From a virus: DNA of 48,506 nucleotides. The translations under genes and the position numbers were made by a program. Below are positions 29,778 to 39,348 of this stretch, one piece after another. The DNA is taken from the UHGV virus genome UHGV-0991693, one strand, 5' to 3'. Within the stretch, counting starts at the first letter, position 1, and each line of letters begins with the position of its first letter. The notes below the pieces were generated by a model, which was not told where the DNA came from, did no database searches, and was given only the letters and a program-made list of their open reading frames with translations.

Positions 29778-30112
29778 CGTTGCTACCGTGCCCGGCGTGT
29801 GGGGCTTCCGATGTGGTCCTGAGAGTAGATACGAGAGCCTACGTATTCTGTACTGCGTGCGGTATGTGCGGGCCTTGCGCTCCAAAGGTCGACGCGGAAT
29901 ATGCGATCAGGCAATGGAATTCCATCCCCCGTGCGCTGGAGTGGACGGACAGACCGCCGAAGGTGCCGGGGTGGTACTGGTATCGCCACAAGCCTAGCCG
30001 TACAATCGCCATGATCAATGTAGACGTCGAGCCAATAGAATATGAATCCCTTCCCGGACAATGGGCAGGCCCCATCCACGAACCGAAAGAACAAGGAAGA
30101 CATGATGAATAG
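29762..30112 (+). CDS. Lar-family restriction alleviation-like protein (zinc ribbon) with a C-terminal extension
   Basis: LLPCPACGASDVVL...CTACGMCGPCA...AEYAIRQWNS matches the Lar family pattern (CPFCG...C..C...A...WN.R). Confidence 0.5.
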   Translation: MCEGLTLLPCPACGASDVVLRVDTRAYVFCTACGMCGPCAPKVDAEYAIRQWNSIPRALEWTDRPPKVPGWYWYRHKPSRTIAMINVDVEPIEYESLPGQWAGPIHEPKEQGRHDE

Positions 30113-30572
30113 CTGGACGTTGTGGAGCGAGCAGCAGCCTACGGACGCCAGTCTAGTATATCGCTGGCGTATTCCCGCACAGGAAATTCTGGGACTGGTT
30201 ATGCAGCCGGAATGGTCGGATAAAATCTTTTCCCCCCTATGCCAACCTGATATTTATTGTCCGAGTTGTGCGAAATGGGACGGGTGGAAATGGCATATAC
30301 CCAAAGGATTAGAATGGCGTGTTGCGTTGCCAGATGAGCCCGAAGGTGAAAAGGGAGTCGTATGGGGCGACCTTGGCTTGCTTCCATGCCCCTTCACCGG
30401 GAAACTTCCGACTGTAATCTACCATGGTCGATATATCGGGGCTCCACCATACCATGCAGAATGGCTGGGCATAGCATCGCATATTGTCAGATCTATCGGA
30501 TGGCATAGCGCCAAAGATATGCGCGACGCATGGAATATGAGGTATATCCCCGAACCCCGCGAACCGAAGTAG
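30102..30572 (+). CDS. Second Lar-like restriction alleviation-related protein
   Basis: CPSCAKWDG...LLPCPFTGKLP...SAKDMRDAWNMRY repeats the CPF..G / AWN.R signature. Confidence 0.4.
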   Translation: MMNSWTLWSEQQPTDASLVYRWRIPAQEILGLVMQPEWSDKIFSPLCQPDIYCPSCAKWDGWKWHIPKGLEWRVALPDEPEGEKGVVWGDLGLLPCPFTGKLPTVIYHGRYIGAPPYHAEWLGIASHIVRSIGWHSAKDMRDAWNMRYIPEPREPK

Positions 30573-30608
30573 CCCCGAAAGGGGCTTTTCCTTTTTCTGG
30601 AGGAGAAC

Positions 30609-31100
30609 ATGCGAAGACCCATCAACCCCGTAATCCCGTACCCGCACGAGGCCATCCAGCACACTCGCTGTGTTCTGGCCTTGTCCATGATCACCGTGGC
30701 GCTATCCCTCCTCAAGCCCGAAACGCTTCCTCAGCTTGGCGACCTTGGCAGACAAGTCGAGAAGGTCGACCGCTGGATCGAACGGTGTAGCGATGATGTC
30801 CAGCGCAGGCTGTCTGCTGGCGCAAAGCGAGACCTCGCCAGGAGTTTCCATGTACTGGCGGAACATGTCGATTCTGCACTTACTGAAACCGATGAGGACG
30901 CGAAATGGGAGAAATGGGCCGCCGGAATGTGGGCGGCCCTCACCTTTCTCGAAGACGCCCGGAACACTTGCCCCGCCTACTTCCGGGGCCTTCACTGGCA
31001 CAACCTGCTCAAGACGCTGACCACGCTGTGTAATGCGCTCGAAAAGGTCGACCCGCAGATCGCTGAGATTGGGACGCGGGTGTACGAGCGGGCCGCGTAG
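30609..31100 (+). CDS. Hypothetical protein
   Basis: 163 aa. Confidence 0.35.
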   Translation: MRRPINPVIPYPHEAIQHTRCVLALSMITVALSLLKPETLPQLGDLGRQVEKVDRWIERCSDDVQRRLSAGAKRDLARSFHVLAEHVDSALTETDEDAKWEKWAAGMWAALTFLEDARNTCPAYFRGLHWHNLLKTLTTLCNALEKVDPQIAEIGTRVYERAA

Positions 31101-31116
31101 GATGAAAGGAGAAAGG

Positions 31117-31329
31117 ATGGAAACGACAATCTCGGAAATCCGCTCAATCGTACAGCGGCGTCGGGAGTTAGAGATTGAAGACCAACGTCTCTACCAACGG
31201 TTTCTCGAACTGCTCGAACTCAACCAAGGGACTAGAAAATCTTCCCGCGATAGGCTATCCCCAGAATCAGGGAAGGCGCTTTTTGCTGGCTTGAAGAGAG
31301 GTTCTCATGAGCGTAGCAAAGCGCGGTGA
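31117..31329 (+). CDS. Small basic coiled-coil protein immediately upstream of and overlapping int (candidate excisionase/RDF)
   Basis: AAAGGAGAAAGG RBS. 70 aa. Overlaps the int start. Confidence 0.3.
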   Translation: METTISEIRSIVQRRRELEIEDQRLYQRFLELLELNQGTRKSSRDRLSPESGKALFAGLKRGSHERSKAR

Positions 31330-32359
31330 CGGCAGATTTGTCGTCAAGTTCAAAGATGAAGAAGGGCGCTGGAAACAGCGCTCTTTCCGTACTGATGAAG
31401 AGGCCCGGCAGTTCGATGCGGATTGCCAATATGATAAGGTGGAAAACACGCGCCTGACGCTGTTGGAGGCGGTGCTGGTGTACTTAAAGAACACTGAGTA
31501 CGCCGAAAAAACCATAGCAACGTACGAGTTTTTGGTCTGTGGCCATGACAGGCAAAACGGCTATCACCGGGAAGGTCCAGCGGAGTTTATTGCCGACCGT
31601 TTTGTTGACACATTGACACGTCGTGACCTCGAAAATGTGCGCGAGAGGTGCAGGAATGATGGCCTGACTATGACAAGCATCAACTCCTACGTTTCAAAAC
31701 TCAAGGCCGCAATCAATTGGTGCGTCGAACAGGATTTGCTCCACGAGAATCCTTGGGGGAAATATCGGCAACTCCCAGGCGCAAAAAACAAGCCACGGAC
31801 GGGAACGCTGGAAGACTTCCACAAACTCTTTCCTGTACTCCCTCCGTGGCTTCAATGGGCAGCCCAAACAGCCATTGCCCTATGTCTGCGCCCCGGCATA
31901 TCCGAACTTTTCCGTCTCGAATGGTCGGCATTCAACTGGAAGGCTAGAACCGTATGCGTCTACATGTCGAAAGTAAATACCACCAAAACAGTATTTCCGC
32001 CAGAAGCATATATGGCGGAAGCTTGGGAGCGTTTCCAATCTGACAAAGTGAAGGGTTATAAGCTTGTTTGCAGGAGCAGAAAAGACAAACCAGTATCGAT
32101 AGATATGTACAGAGAGGCATGGGCCAGCGCGTGCAGAAAAGTTGGGGTGTCTATGCCCATGTATGCCCTTCGTCACATCGCAGCGTCAGAAATGCTGGCA
32201 AAAGGCGTAGACATTGCCGCCGTAGCCGCGCAACTGGGACACAAAAACATTACGACGACAGGGGCCTTCTATACTCATGCGCTGGCATCATCACAGCGAC
32301 GCGCAGCAGAGGCTATCCCCACCTGCACCAATTTGGTGCAGATTGGTGCGGAAAAATAG
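31307..32359 (+). CDS. int: Tyrosine recombinase / phage integrase with an N-terminal arm-binding domain
   Basis: C-terminal catalytic motifs ALRHIAASEMLAKGVDIAAVAAQLGHKNITTTGAFYTH (R, H-x-x-R, Y). Convergent with the tail genes, as lambda int is. Confidence 0.8.
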   Translation: MSVAKRGDGRFVVKFKDEEGRWKQRSFRTDEEARQFDADCQYDKVENTRLTLLEAVLVYLKNTEYAEKTIATYEFLVCGHDRQNGYHREGPAEFIADRFVDTLTRRDLENVRERCRNDGLTMTSINSYVSKLKAAINWCVEQDLLHENPWGKYRQLPGAKNKPRTGTLEDFHKLFPVLPPWLQWAAQTAIALCLRPGISELFRLEWSAFNWKARTVCVYMSKVNTTKTVFPPEAYMAEAWERFQSDKVKGYKLVCRSRKDKPVSIDMYREAWASACRKVGVSMPMYALRHIAASEMLAKGVDIAAVAAQLGHKNITTTGAFYTHALASSQRRAAEAIPTCTNLVQIGAEK

Positions 32360-32480
32360 ATATGAATAAAGTTATTATAGCTAGTTAAAGCGAAGTCCTT
32401 GCTTCTTTTAAGGAAGCGATACTATCTAATCATTTTAATATGTAGCGAACATCCTGCACCAAACAGCTTGGTGCAGACGG
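32330..32480. other. Candidate attP region
   Basis: Low-GC DNA at the int 3' end and beyond. Repeated TTGGTGCAG/TTGGTGCGG motifs. Perfect inverted repeat CTGCACCAA-5-TTGGTGCAG at ~32452-32474. Confidence 0.35.
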
Positions 32481-32543
32481 CAAAAAGCGTCTTCCCAACG
32501 CCTCAAAAAAGTGAGCATCGGTATGCTGTGTGAATGCGAAAAA

Positions 32544-32580
32544 CCCCCTCTCGGTTCGCGCCGGGAGGGGGATTTTTTTG
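32544..32580. terminator. Bidirectional terminator between the convergent int and tail-fiber transcription units
   Basis: Stem CCCCCTCTCGG/CCGGGAGGGGG with T-runs on both sides. Confidence 0.55.
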
Positions 32581-32585
32581 TGTCT

Positions 32586-32816
32586 TCAATCCGACTTTTT
32601 CGCCACGAATCGGATCTCATCTCGGTGCTCAGGCAGCCACCTGCATTTGTTCAGGCACCACCACGGCGTGATGATGAACCGACCATCAGCTTTCGCTTTC
32701 CTGTCGGGATGAGCCCCCGACACGGCACAGTCCAGAGAACATAGCATCAGGGCTTGGACACGTTCACCGTGTGGGCAACGCAAGTTTTCCTCTTCTTCGG
32801 GCATGGGTAGCGGCAT
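32586..32816 (-). CDS. Small Cys-rich hypothetical protein at the end of the tail operon
   Basis: AGGAGG RBS. 76 aa with CPHG...CSLDC...CLNKC. Confidence 0.4.
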   Translation of the reverse strand: MPLPMPEEEENLRCPHGERVQALMLCSLDCAVSGAHPDRKAKADGRFIITPWWCLNKCRWLPEHRDEIRFVAKKSD

Positions 32817-32868
32817 GGCCTTCCTCCTTTTTTCTAAAGAGTCTAGCCATGCCTACGATTTTTGCAAA

Positions 32869-33426
32869 TTATGGCTTGACAGGCCACGGACAAGCCGGAT
32901 CATCCGGACTATTCCACGGAAAACCCGGTTCCTGAGGAAGGTCGCGCAAGGCTTGGCGGTACGCCTTGATCTCTTCAAGCTTTTCTTGAGAGATCGGATA
33001 GTCTGGCATGACGAGATAGTCGGTTGCAGCAATGCGCTTATTACGCTCTGTGCGTACACTTACAGCAAGTTCTTCGATGGTGGGCGCTGGTTTTTCCGGT
33101 TTTGTCAAAATTGCCTCAGCGGGAAGCGAACCAAGCTCATCAGTATACCGGGGCTCGGAACGCCACGTATCGCCGGGAAGCCAGTAAGGCGTCCCGCCTT
33201 CTTTCCGCCCGCGCTCGTCCATGTGCTGGCGATGGTCCTCAACCGTCTCCCATGCATCCCCGGTCCAGCGGGCGACATGACCGGAGGGGATGGATGCGGG
33301 CAAAGCAACGGGCGTCGCGCCAGTCGCCTCAAGAATATACTCGCCATTCGGACGCTGAGTGGCATTGCGGGATCCTATGTATTCTCCAGTGACAAGGTCA
33401 TACATGTATAATTGAGGAATTTTCAT
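32869..33426 (-). CDS. Tail fiber assembly protein (Tfa / gpU-gpG-like chaperone)
   Basis: C-terminal ATDYLVMPDYPISQEKLEEIKAYRQALRDLPQEPGFPW is the Tfa family signature. Directly downstream of the fiber gene. Confidence 0.65.
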   Translation of the reverse strand: MKIPQLYMYDLVTGEYIGSRNATQRPNGEYILEATGATPVALPASIPSGHVARWTGDAWETVEDHRQHMDERGRKEGGTPYWLPGDTWRSEPRYTDELGSLPAEAILTKPEKPAPTIEELAVSVRTERNKRIAATDYLVMPDYPISQEKLEEIKAYRQALRDLPQEPGFPWNSPDDPACPWPVKP

Positions 33427-33435
33427 GTGTGGTCC

Positions 33436-34590
33436 TTAGCTATGGTTACCGAGATAAATAATTATGGGGTAGTTTACAGAAGCAGGCATTACGGTGGGAG
33501 ATCGACCATAAACCGCGCTAGATCGAGAAGCGTCGAAGTTTACGCCGTTCCAAACATACCCAGTCCCTCCGGTGGAAAGGGAGCTATTTGCAAACGCTAT
33601 ACCGTTCGCTATTATGGCTCCGCTTTGGCCAGGTGCGGGAACTTCTACAATGGGCACGTGCAGGTCTTCCCATCCCCCTACTATATTCGGCACCCCCGCA
33701 GTGTTCGCAGTGCCGAACGCGTTTGTGTTTATGGTGGAGTTTATGAAACGCTCGCTCAAATTAGGCACGTATAGTCCGGTAGGAGAGCTCGCGTTGAGGC
33801 GCCAGCGCCCGCAGTATTGAGCTATGGTTGAGGGAGGCACGTCGTAGGAAAGAAGCATTCCTTCCAGGCCCCCTGATCTGTACAGGTTTTCTAGCTCTGG
33901 CCAGTCGGAGAAAAGGGCGAGGTCTCCGTTCGCCCAGACGTGCCCAGCTGGCAGGGTCGTGGAGCGCCAGTAGCGCGGGACGCCGAGGAAAGAGACGCGT
34001 AAGGCTTCCAATCTGTCGTACACTGCTTTTACAGCCTTCGCGGACGCCGCAGTCGTCGAATCCGCCAGACTCACGCTGTCCGTCAGCTTCGCAGCGAGAG
34101 TCACATCAGCGGAGAGCGGGCCCCCGCCAGTGAGCCCGGTTCCAGCGATAACATGCCGAGAATCCGGAACAAGACCTCCGGAGACAAAAGACGCAAGAGA
34201 AATCCAATAGTTGCGATTTGCCTCCAGAGCAGGATCTTTTGCTCCAGTTCCCGATACATCTGGCCCGGAAGGTTGCAACGCGATGTACTCGACATCATCA
34301 CTACCTTTGACATGAGAGCCCGCGATATAGTTCAGCGTAGCTTGCCACGGGTAGACGCATCCGGATTGTTGGAAAAAGGCGTGTTGACCAAGCAGGTTGA
34401 AAAGCGCGTTCATCCATGAACGTTCAACCATGACGCCGCCAGCGTCCGGGTCGACCTGCGTGATGAACGGAAAGAGATCTCGGAAAGAGGGAATACCTTG
34501 CCCCGTGGGGGTCGTTTCAGGGATCTGCACGGTATCCGCTGCATATCCCAAGACAGTGGGCATGATACTAGGAGTCGAGGGAATAGGCAT
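33436..34590 (-). CDS. Tail fiber protein
   Basis: 384 aa, Gly/Ser/Thr-rich with beta-rich repeats. It follows the baseplate genes and precedes Tfa. Confidence 0.55.
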   Translation of the reverse strand: MPIPSTPSIMPTVLGYAADTVQIPETTPTGQGIPSFRDLFPFITQVDPDAGGVMVERSWMNALFNLLGQHAFFQQSGCVYPWQATLNYIAGSHVKGSDDVEYIALQPSGPDVSGTGAKDPALEANRNYWISLASFVSGGLVPDSRHVIAGTGLTGGGPLSADVTLAAKLTDSVSLADSTTAASAKAVKAVYDRLEALRVSFLGVPRYWRSTTLPAGHVWANGDLALFSDWPELENLYRSGGLEGMLLSYDVPPSTIAQYCGRWRLNASSPTGLYVPNLSERFINSTINTNAFGTANTAGVPNIVGGWEDLHVPIVEVPAPGQSGAIIANGIAFANSSLSTGGTGYVWNGVNFDASRSSAVYGRSPTVMPASVNYPIIIYLGNHS

Positions 34591-35251
34591 CTACAGGGCC
34601 TCCGTACGGCTGAAAAACGCCGTTGCTGAAATTCTGACCGCCGGATCCGGCGAAACCGAAGGTATGTTTCGGGATGACTTGATAGACGTCATAGCCGACG
34701 CCCGCAGGCTTTGGGGGAACGTCATCGCGCAGGAGAAGCGCACGCTCGTATGGCTGGAGCTTGAAGCCGATAACGTAGCGTATTTTCATCGTTCCGACAT
34801 GCACGACGGCAATATGACCGTGATCCGAGAAAAGCCAATGAACGATCTTGTTCAAATCTAGGAGGCTGCCGTCGGTGATGTTCGAAGCTGCTTTCATCCA
34901 GATCAAAAGATGATATGCGTTATCTTGAAGTATGAACGTGTTCGATTTGCTCTCATATGCAAAAGGACCGTGCCCAAAGTTGCTGAGGTTTGAACCGGAG
35001 AAACCGAACGGCTTGATGTCCGTCGCCTCTACTTCAAGCGTACGCGGAATGGCGACGATGCGTCCCCACACGTCAAGCCCCCATCCGAATGCCGTTTCTG
35101 GGTCAAAGACGGACTCATAGAACGCCGCAATATCCGCCGTGGGCTCAATGACGGCATTCATCGATTCGATGAGCGCCAGCAGCCGTTCAGAGTTGTCGTA
35201 TTGCGAAAGGAGCGTTTCGCGCCAGTTATCCACGGCCCGACCTCGCTTCAA
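34568..35251 (-). CDS. Baseplate protein (gpI-like / DUF2612-type)
   Basis: 227 aa, directly after the baseplate J-like gene. Confidence 0.45.
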   Translation of the reverse strand: MKRGRAVDNWRETLLSQYDNSERLLALIESMNAVIEPTADIAAFYESVFDPETAFGWGLDVWGRIVAIPRTLEVEATDIKPFGFSGSNLSNFGHGPFAYESKSNTFILQDNAYHLLIWMKAASNITDGSLLDLNKIVHWLFSDHGHIAVVHVGTMKIRYVIGFKLQPYERALLLRDDVPPKPAGVGYDVYQVIPKHTFGFAGSGGQNFSNGVFQPYGGPVDAYSLDS

Positions 35252-36479
35252 TGATGGTTACAGTGACGTTATCGGAGACGAGCGTGGGGGCTTCATCTAT
35301 ATTAATGGTGATGTAGTCGCCCCACGTTGGCGAACCTTCACCGACGGGCGCCGCGATTTCGATACTCACCAAGTCGGTAACGCCCGTTCCGAGCACGGCG
35401 GAATAAAAGCGGCTGGCATACACCGTATCCCCGATATGAACGCGCTGACCCGTATTTCCGCAGGCGTCGGCGGTTTCTCCGTAGAATTCGGCGACAACGG
35501 CAGTTTTGATGAGTTCTTCGACGTTGCTCGGCATTGAGGCATTTTTGCGGATAGTCACCTGAATGCCCACCGGGAGCGATTCCGGGCGCTCAAAGAGTAC
35601 CGTCTCGACCGCTCCGGTTACCGGATCAGTCACAGTGACGCTGGTGTTGCCGTTGTAATCACATCCGGCTGAACAACGGGCGTAAATGGACTCAGCAATA
35701 TCACTATCCGTCGCGCTGCCGACGACCGCAACATAGATTGAGTGCGGCTTGAGCGTGACGCCCTGCACTTCAAGCGGCGCGCTGGTTTTGTTCTCGCGCA
35801 CACAGACATCAAGCACGCCATCCAGATCGCCGACGTTGGCATAGACGGCGGCGGCAACGCTCCGGGCGTTCTTCGCGACGCTGGCGTAGCGCCGGGACTC
35901 GAACGCGGACCGGCTCTCGACGTTTTGCCCGGTGATCCCGACTTCATTGGTGATCGTGTCCCATCCGGGGATAGTACGCACGATCGTGGTCACGGTTCCC
36001 TGCCGGATTTCAATAGGTCCCGGAACCTGACAGGCAAAATCAAGGATAATACTGCCAGATTGGGGGATCGTCCCCCCCGTTTGACAGACCAAAATGTTCC
36101 CGTCCGCATCTTTTGCAAGCGCCGGGGCGTCGCTACCGATGCCGGGGATGACGGTGCCGGGAAGCCCCGTACAAGTACAGGGGACGACCGTGGAGCGTGC
36201 GGGCTGCCGGGTCAGAAAGTAAATCTTGGCGAGCGCGTCTTGATAGATACCCTCCGCAGTCTCGGGGTTGAACATATTCGCGAGGAACAAAAGCTGGCTG
36301 TTCTTGTCCTGCACGATGGCCGTTTCGGATGTGATGAGCTGTCCCTGCGGCGTGGCCGGATCCGGGTTCAGCCGATTGTCGAATGCCGCCTGCCAATTCG
36401 TTTCGACAGCGTCCCGGACGGTCGCGGTATCGGGTACGACCGGGCCGTTTTCGGTAAAATCGATACTAGACTGCGACAT
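35226..36479 (-). CDS. Baseplate J-like wedge protein (P2 gpJ / Mu gp47-like)
   Basis: 417 aa, positioned after the W-like gene. Sequence character fits the Baseplate_J family. Confidence 0.55.
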   Translation of the reverse strand: MSQSSIDFTENGPVVPDTATVRDAVETNWQAAFDNRLNPDPATPQGQLITSETAIVQDKNSQLLFLANMFNPETAEGIYQDALAKIYFLTRQPARSTVVPCTCTGLPGTVIPGIGSDAPALAKDADGNILVCQTGGTIPQSGSIILDFACQVPGPIEIRQGTVTTIVRTIPGWDTITNEVGITGQNVESRSAFESRRYASVAKNARSVAAAVYANVGDLDGVLDVCVRENKTSAPLEVQGVTLKPHSIYVAVVGSATDSDIAESIYARCSAGCDYNGNTSVTVTDPVTGAVETVLFERPESLPVGIQVTIRKNASMPSNVEELIKTAVVAEFYGETADACGNTGQRVHIGDTVYASRFYSAVLGTGVTDLVSIEIAAPVGEGSPTWGDYITINIDEAPTLVSDNVTVTIIEARSGRG

Positions 36480-36900
36480 CTGCGGTTTCCCCCGTCTCTG
36501 TAGTGATGCGGATCGTCCCGCTCAAGATGCGTTTTTCAAGCCGGGAAAGCTGCGTATCAGCCTGCGCTACGCCGGGGACTTCAAGCGCACGGGCATTCGA
36601 GCGCGCACGCACGAGCTCGGCGGGAGGGAGGGACCCAAGCTCACGCATGAAGTACGGGATTCCGTCTTGCTGCACGTAGTACAGTTCTCCTTGGAATGTG
36701 CGTACATACGATGCGACATCCTGCACGATGCGCACAGTCCCCCCTGCCGAAGCAAGATTGCCCCCTACGGAGAGCGTCAAATCCCACTGTCCATCAAGAC
36801 GTAATGATAGGAGCCCCGAATCTACCACTTCGGCAGTTGCTTGCACTTCATCACGAATATTAGACAGTGCGCGGATATTCAGAACCGCTCGGAAATTCAT
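36466..36900 (-). CDS. Baseplate assembly protein W-like (gp25/GPW family)
   Basis: 144 aa. Order is spike - W - J. Confidence 0.45.
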   Translation of the reverse strand: MNFRAVLNIRALSNIRDEVQATAEVVDSGLLSLRLDGQWDLTLSVGGNLASAGGTVRIVQDVASYVRTFQGELYYVQQDGIPYFMRELGSLPPAELVRARSNARALEVPGVAQADTQLSRLEKRILSGTIRITTETGETADVAV

Positions 36901-37724
36901 GAAGCCCCTTCTTCCGCTTTTACAGATTCAGCAAACCGAGCCTGCGCAGCGGCGACAAGCGTCGCTATGTCCCGCCATTCTCCATCGCCACACAGCACGT
37001 AGGTGGCTTGCCCGGCGGCTGCGGGCGGAACAAGGCCGCTTGTCCCGGAGGTAGATGCCGTCGCGCCCTCATACTCGGGCACGGAGATAATGCACAGTCC
37101 GCCCGTACCATCAGCAAGGGCTTTTGAGCGCGATATCTTAATACCATCACCAATATAGTTTGTCTGAACGAGTTGTTGCCACGGCTGCCATGTGCCGTCG
37201 CGTATGCGTCGGCGCGACCATTCAGGCCCCGCCGTACCCATACGCGAGTAGATTTTCTGAACCGCCGCATTGGGGTTTGTAGCATCGCCGAACACACGAA
37301 GGACATAATATCCGTCCATCCCATTCATCGGCACATTGGTACAGTTTCCGGAGTAAACAATGTATGTGCCGGATGAGATAATATCGTTCAGATCGGTCCC
37401 TGCAGGAAGCTTGGTGCGATAGTCACCAATCTGCCCCCGCGCACTCGCAAGATCCTCAAGGTTCCCCCCAATCGCCACGTCTTTCACGGTGATCGCGCCG
37501 TCCGCGTCGGCCTGCGTGGTCTTCCCGTCGACAAGGTTTGATGCTTGGGCACGCTCAAGTGCATCGTTTGCCGAGTTCTGCGCAACTATCGCGGTAGACT
37601 GTGCTGCGTCTGCGGCTCCCTGCACTTGCTGAAAGAACCGTGTGGTTTGTCTCTCGAATTCGCTTCCGGAAAGCGGTCCTGTCGGCGGCTGGTACTGAAA
37701 ATCAGGCATAAAAACACCCTCCAT
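36897..37724 (-). CDS. Tail protein with a C-terminal receptor-binding knob domain (pyocin/tail-fiber knob-like)
   Basis: TDLNDIISSGTYIVYSGNCTNVPMNGMDGYYVLRVFGDATNPNAAVQKIYSRMGTAGPEWSRRRIRDGTWQPWQ follows the conserved D-L-N..G.Y....N.P...G.L.V......VQ.Y......R....G.W..W pattern. Confidence 0.5.
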   Translation of the reverse strand: MEGVFMPDFQYQPPTGPLSGSEFERQTTRFFQQVQGAADAAQSTAIVAQNSANDALERAQASNLVDGKTTQADADGAITVKDVAIGGNLEDLASARGQIGDYRTKLPAGTDLNDIISSGTYIVYSGNCTNVPMNGMDGYYVLRVFGDATNPNAAVQKIYSRMGTAGPEWSRRRIRDGTWQPWQQLVQTNYIGDGIKISRSKALADGTGGLCIISVPEYEGATASTSGTSGLVPPAAAGQATYVLCGDGEWRDIATLVAAAQARFAESVKAEEGAS

Positions 37725-38446
37725 TACTGTGGTTGTCCGGATATGCCGGAACCGGGCTCGACCCCGGTATGAACATGGGTTTCCAAGACCTTACCGTTAC
37801 TCTCAACCGTCCCTCCCATGTTCGTGAGTCCGCCGGAGAACCGGGCCGGGCCGCCGTCACCCTGCGCCGTGCCCGTCCACGTCAAGGATCCGTTGATGCG
37901 CACGTCGGCGTTGATGGTGAGGCCATTTTCCGCCGTCAGGACGGAAGTTTCCCCGTGCATCGTCAGTTTGGCCACTCCTTCGATGGTGACGCCCTCGTCG
38001 TCGACCATGACATAGCGTTCCGGCGCGGCGTTCAAGAAGCCTCCGAGATAGAAGCCGTCGCCTTTGCTCATGGCGCGGGCTGACCCCGGATTGACGTTTC
38101 CATCCTTCCCCCGGCTTTCCTTGAGCGATTCCGTGTCGCGCATGGCGTAGACGGCGAGGCCGATGTCACCCGGCTGCGGGTCGATGACGAGGGCGTTTTT
38201 TCCGCCTTGGACGCGCAGGTACGGGAGCTTGAAGAGCACGCTCTGCTCCTGCGCCTTCTGGTCGCCCGTCACGAGGTTGACGAGAGGCTGCACGTCGACG
38301 AAGCCCACCGGGGAGACGCCCGAGCCGGAGACGGCGACCACGCGCACGGGTTCAGCCGTGGCGATGCGCCCGAGCATCTGGCTGATCATGAAGTCCTGCG
38401 CGTTGTACTCGCTGGAATTTGTCGAGAGGCCGCGTTGTCCCTGCAT
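37724..38446 (-). CDS. Baseplate spike protein gpV-like (OB-fold N-terminus, C-terminal H-x-H apex)
   Basis: VRVVAVSGSGVSPVGFVDVQPLVNLV OB-fold segment. C-terminal ETHVHTGV metal-binding HxH typical of gpV/gp5/VgrG tips. Confidence 0.55.
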   Translation of the reverse strand: MQGQRGLSTNSSEYNAQDFMISQMLGRIATAEPVRVVAVSGSGVSPVGFVDVQPLVNLVTGDQKAQEQSVLFKLPYLRVQGGKNALVIDPQPGDIGLAVYAMRDTESLKESRGKDGNVNPGSARAMSKGDGFYLGGFLNAAPERYVMVDDEGVTIEGVAKLTMHGETSVLTAENGLTINADVRINGSLTWTGTAQGDGGPARFSGGLTNMGGTVESNGKVLETHVHTGVEPGSGISGQPQ

Positions 38447-39348
38447 TATTTCTTGTCCTTCTTCGGCTTCGCGCCGGGATAGCTTGCCTTGACCTGACTC
38501 CCCCACTGCGTTGCGCCGGGATAGCCTGCCTGCAATTTGTGGCTCAGGCTCACGACCTGCCAGAGTCCTGATGCGCGAGGGACGATGCTCTCGATGCGCA
38601 CCGGGCCGCCAAGCTGGATCTTCGGCTCGTAGATGCCTTTCACCGTCACGCCCTCGTTATCGAAGCTCGGATAGCCAATCATGCCACTTTTCGCGGACCA
38701 GACGGGCGTCGAGCCGCCGTCATCGCTGCGAAGCGTCGCAAGTGGGGAGATGACCATCTCGCCATCGTCCACGATGAGGTCAATACGGGCATCGTGGGCA
38801 AGCTGCTGCGCCTGTTCCATCGGGCCCCCGACGATAGCGACATTGCGAAGGGAAACGGACACGCCTCTGTTGACGAAAGCGAGCCCCATTTGCTTCGCAA
38901 GCCCCTGCATGAGCGTGGCAACGTCCTGCGAGCCCTGCGCCGTCAACGGCGGCACGGGCGTAATGCTGGCGACGTATCCCGTGATGCACTCAATATCGAA
39001 AGAGGGATCAGGGGCGGAATTGAAGTTCGGAACGGCGCTCACGATGTCGCCTGAGAATGCTAGCGACATCCCGTGCTCTTCATCGCCCGCGTACACGGCA
39101 ATGCGGTTTTTCGACGCCTGCAACGGCTTGAACGCCAGCGTCGTCAGCGTCTCCATATCAACCAATGGCATGTTGAAAATTTTGACCTTGGCCTTGTTCT
39201 TCTCTTTCCCGCCGGGCTTCTGGATGTCCACATCCATGCCGAGCCGGATGATCTTTGTGTTCGCACCTTGCCCGGTAGCCGTGTTGAAGCCGCCCTCGGC
39301 GAGCGTAATGTGCGCTTCAAGCAGCTTTTTGGTGAAGCTCGTGTTCAC
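38446..39348 (-). CDS. Baseplate hub protein (Mu gpP / P2 gpD-like)
   Basis: 300 aa, immediately upstream of the spike gene. Confidence 0.4.
   Translation of the reverse strand: MNTSFTKKLLEAHITLAEGGFNTATGQGANTKIIRLGMDVDIQKPGGKEKNKAKVKIFNMPLVDMETLTTLAFKPLQASKNRIAVYAGDEEHGMSLAFSGDIVSAVPNFNSAPDPSFDIECITGYVASITPVPPLTAQGSQDVATLMQGLAKQMGLAFVNRGVSVSLRNVAIVGGPMEQAQQLAHDARIDLIVDDGEMVISPLATLRSDDGGSTPVWSAKSGMIGYPSFDNEGVTVKGIYEPKIQLGGPVRIESIVPRASGLWQVVSLSHKLQAGYPGATQWGSQVKASYPGAKPKKDKK

Noticed and set aside
32360-32585. tRNA gene at the integration site
   Set aside because: No cloverleaf-compatible sequence or conserved tRNA boxes recognised by eye. The hairpin present is a bidirectional terminator.
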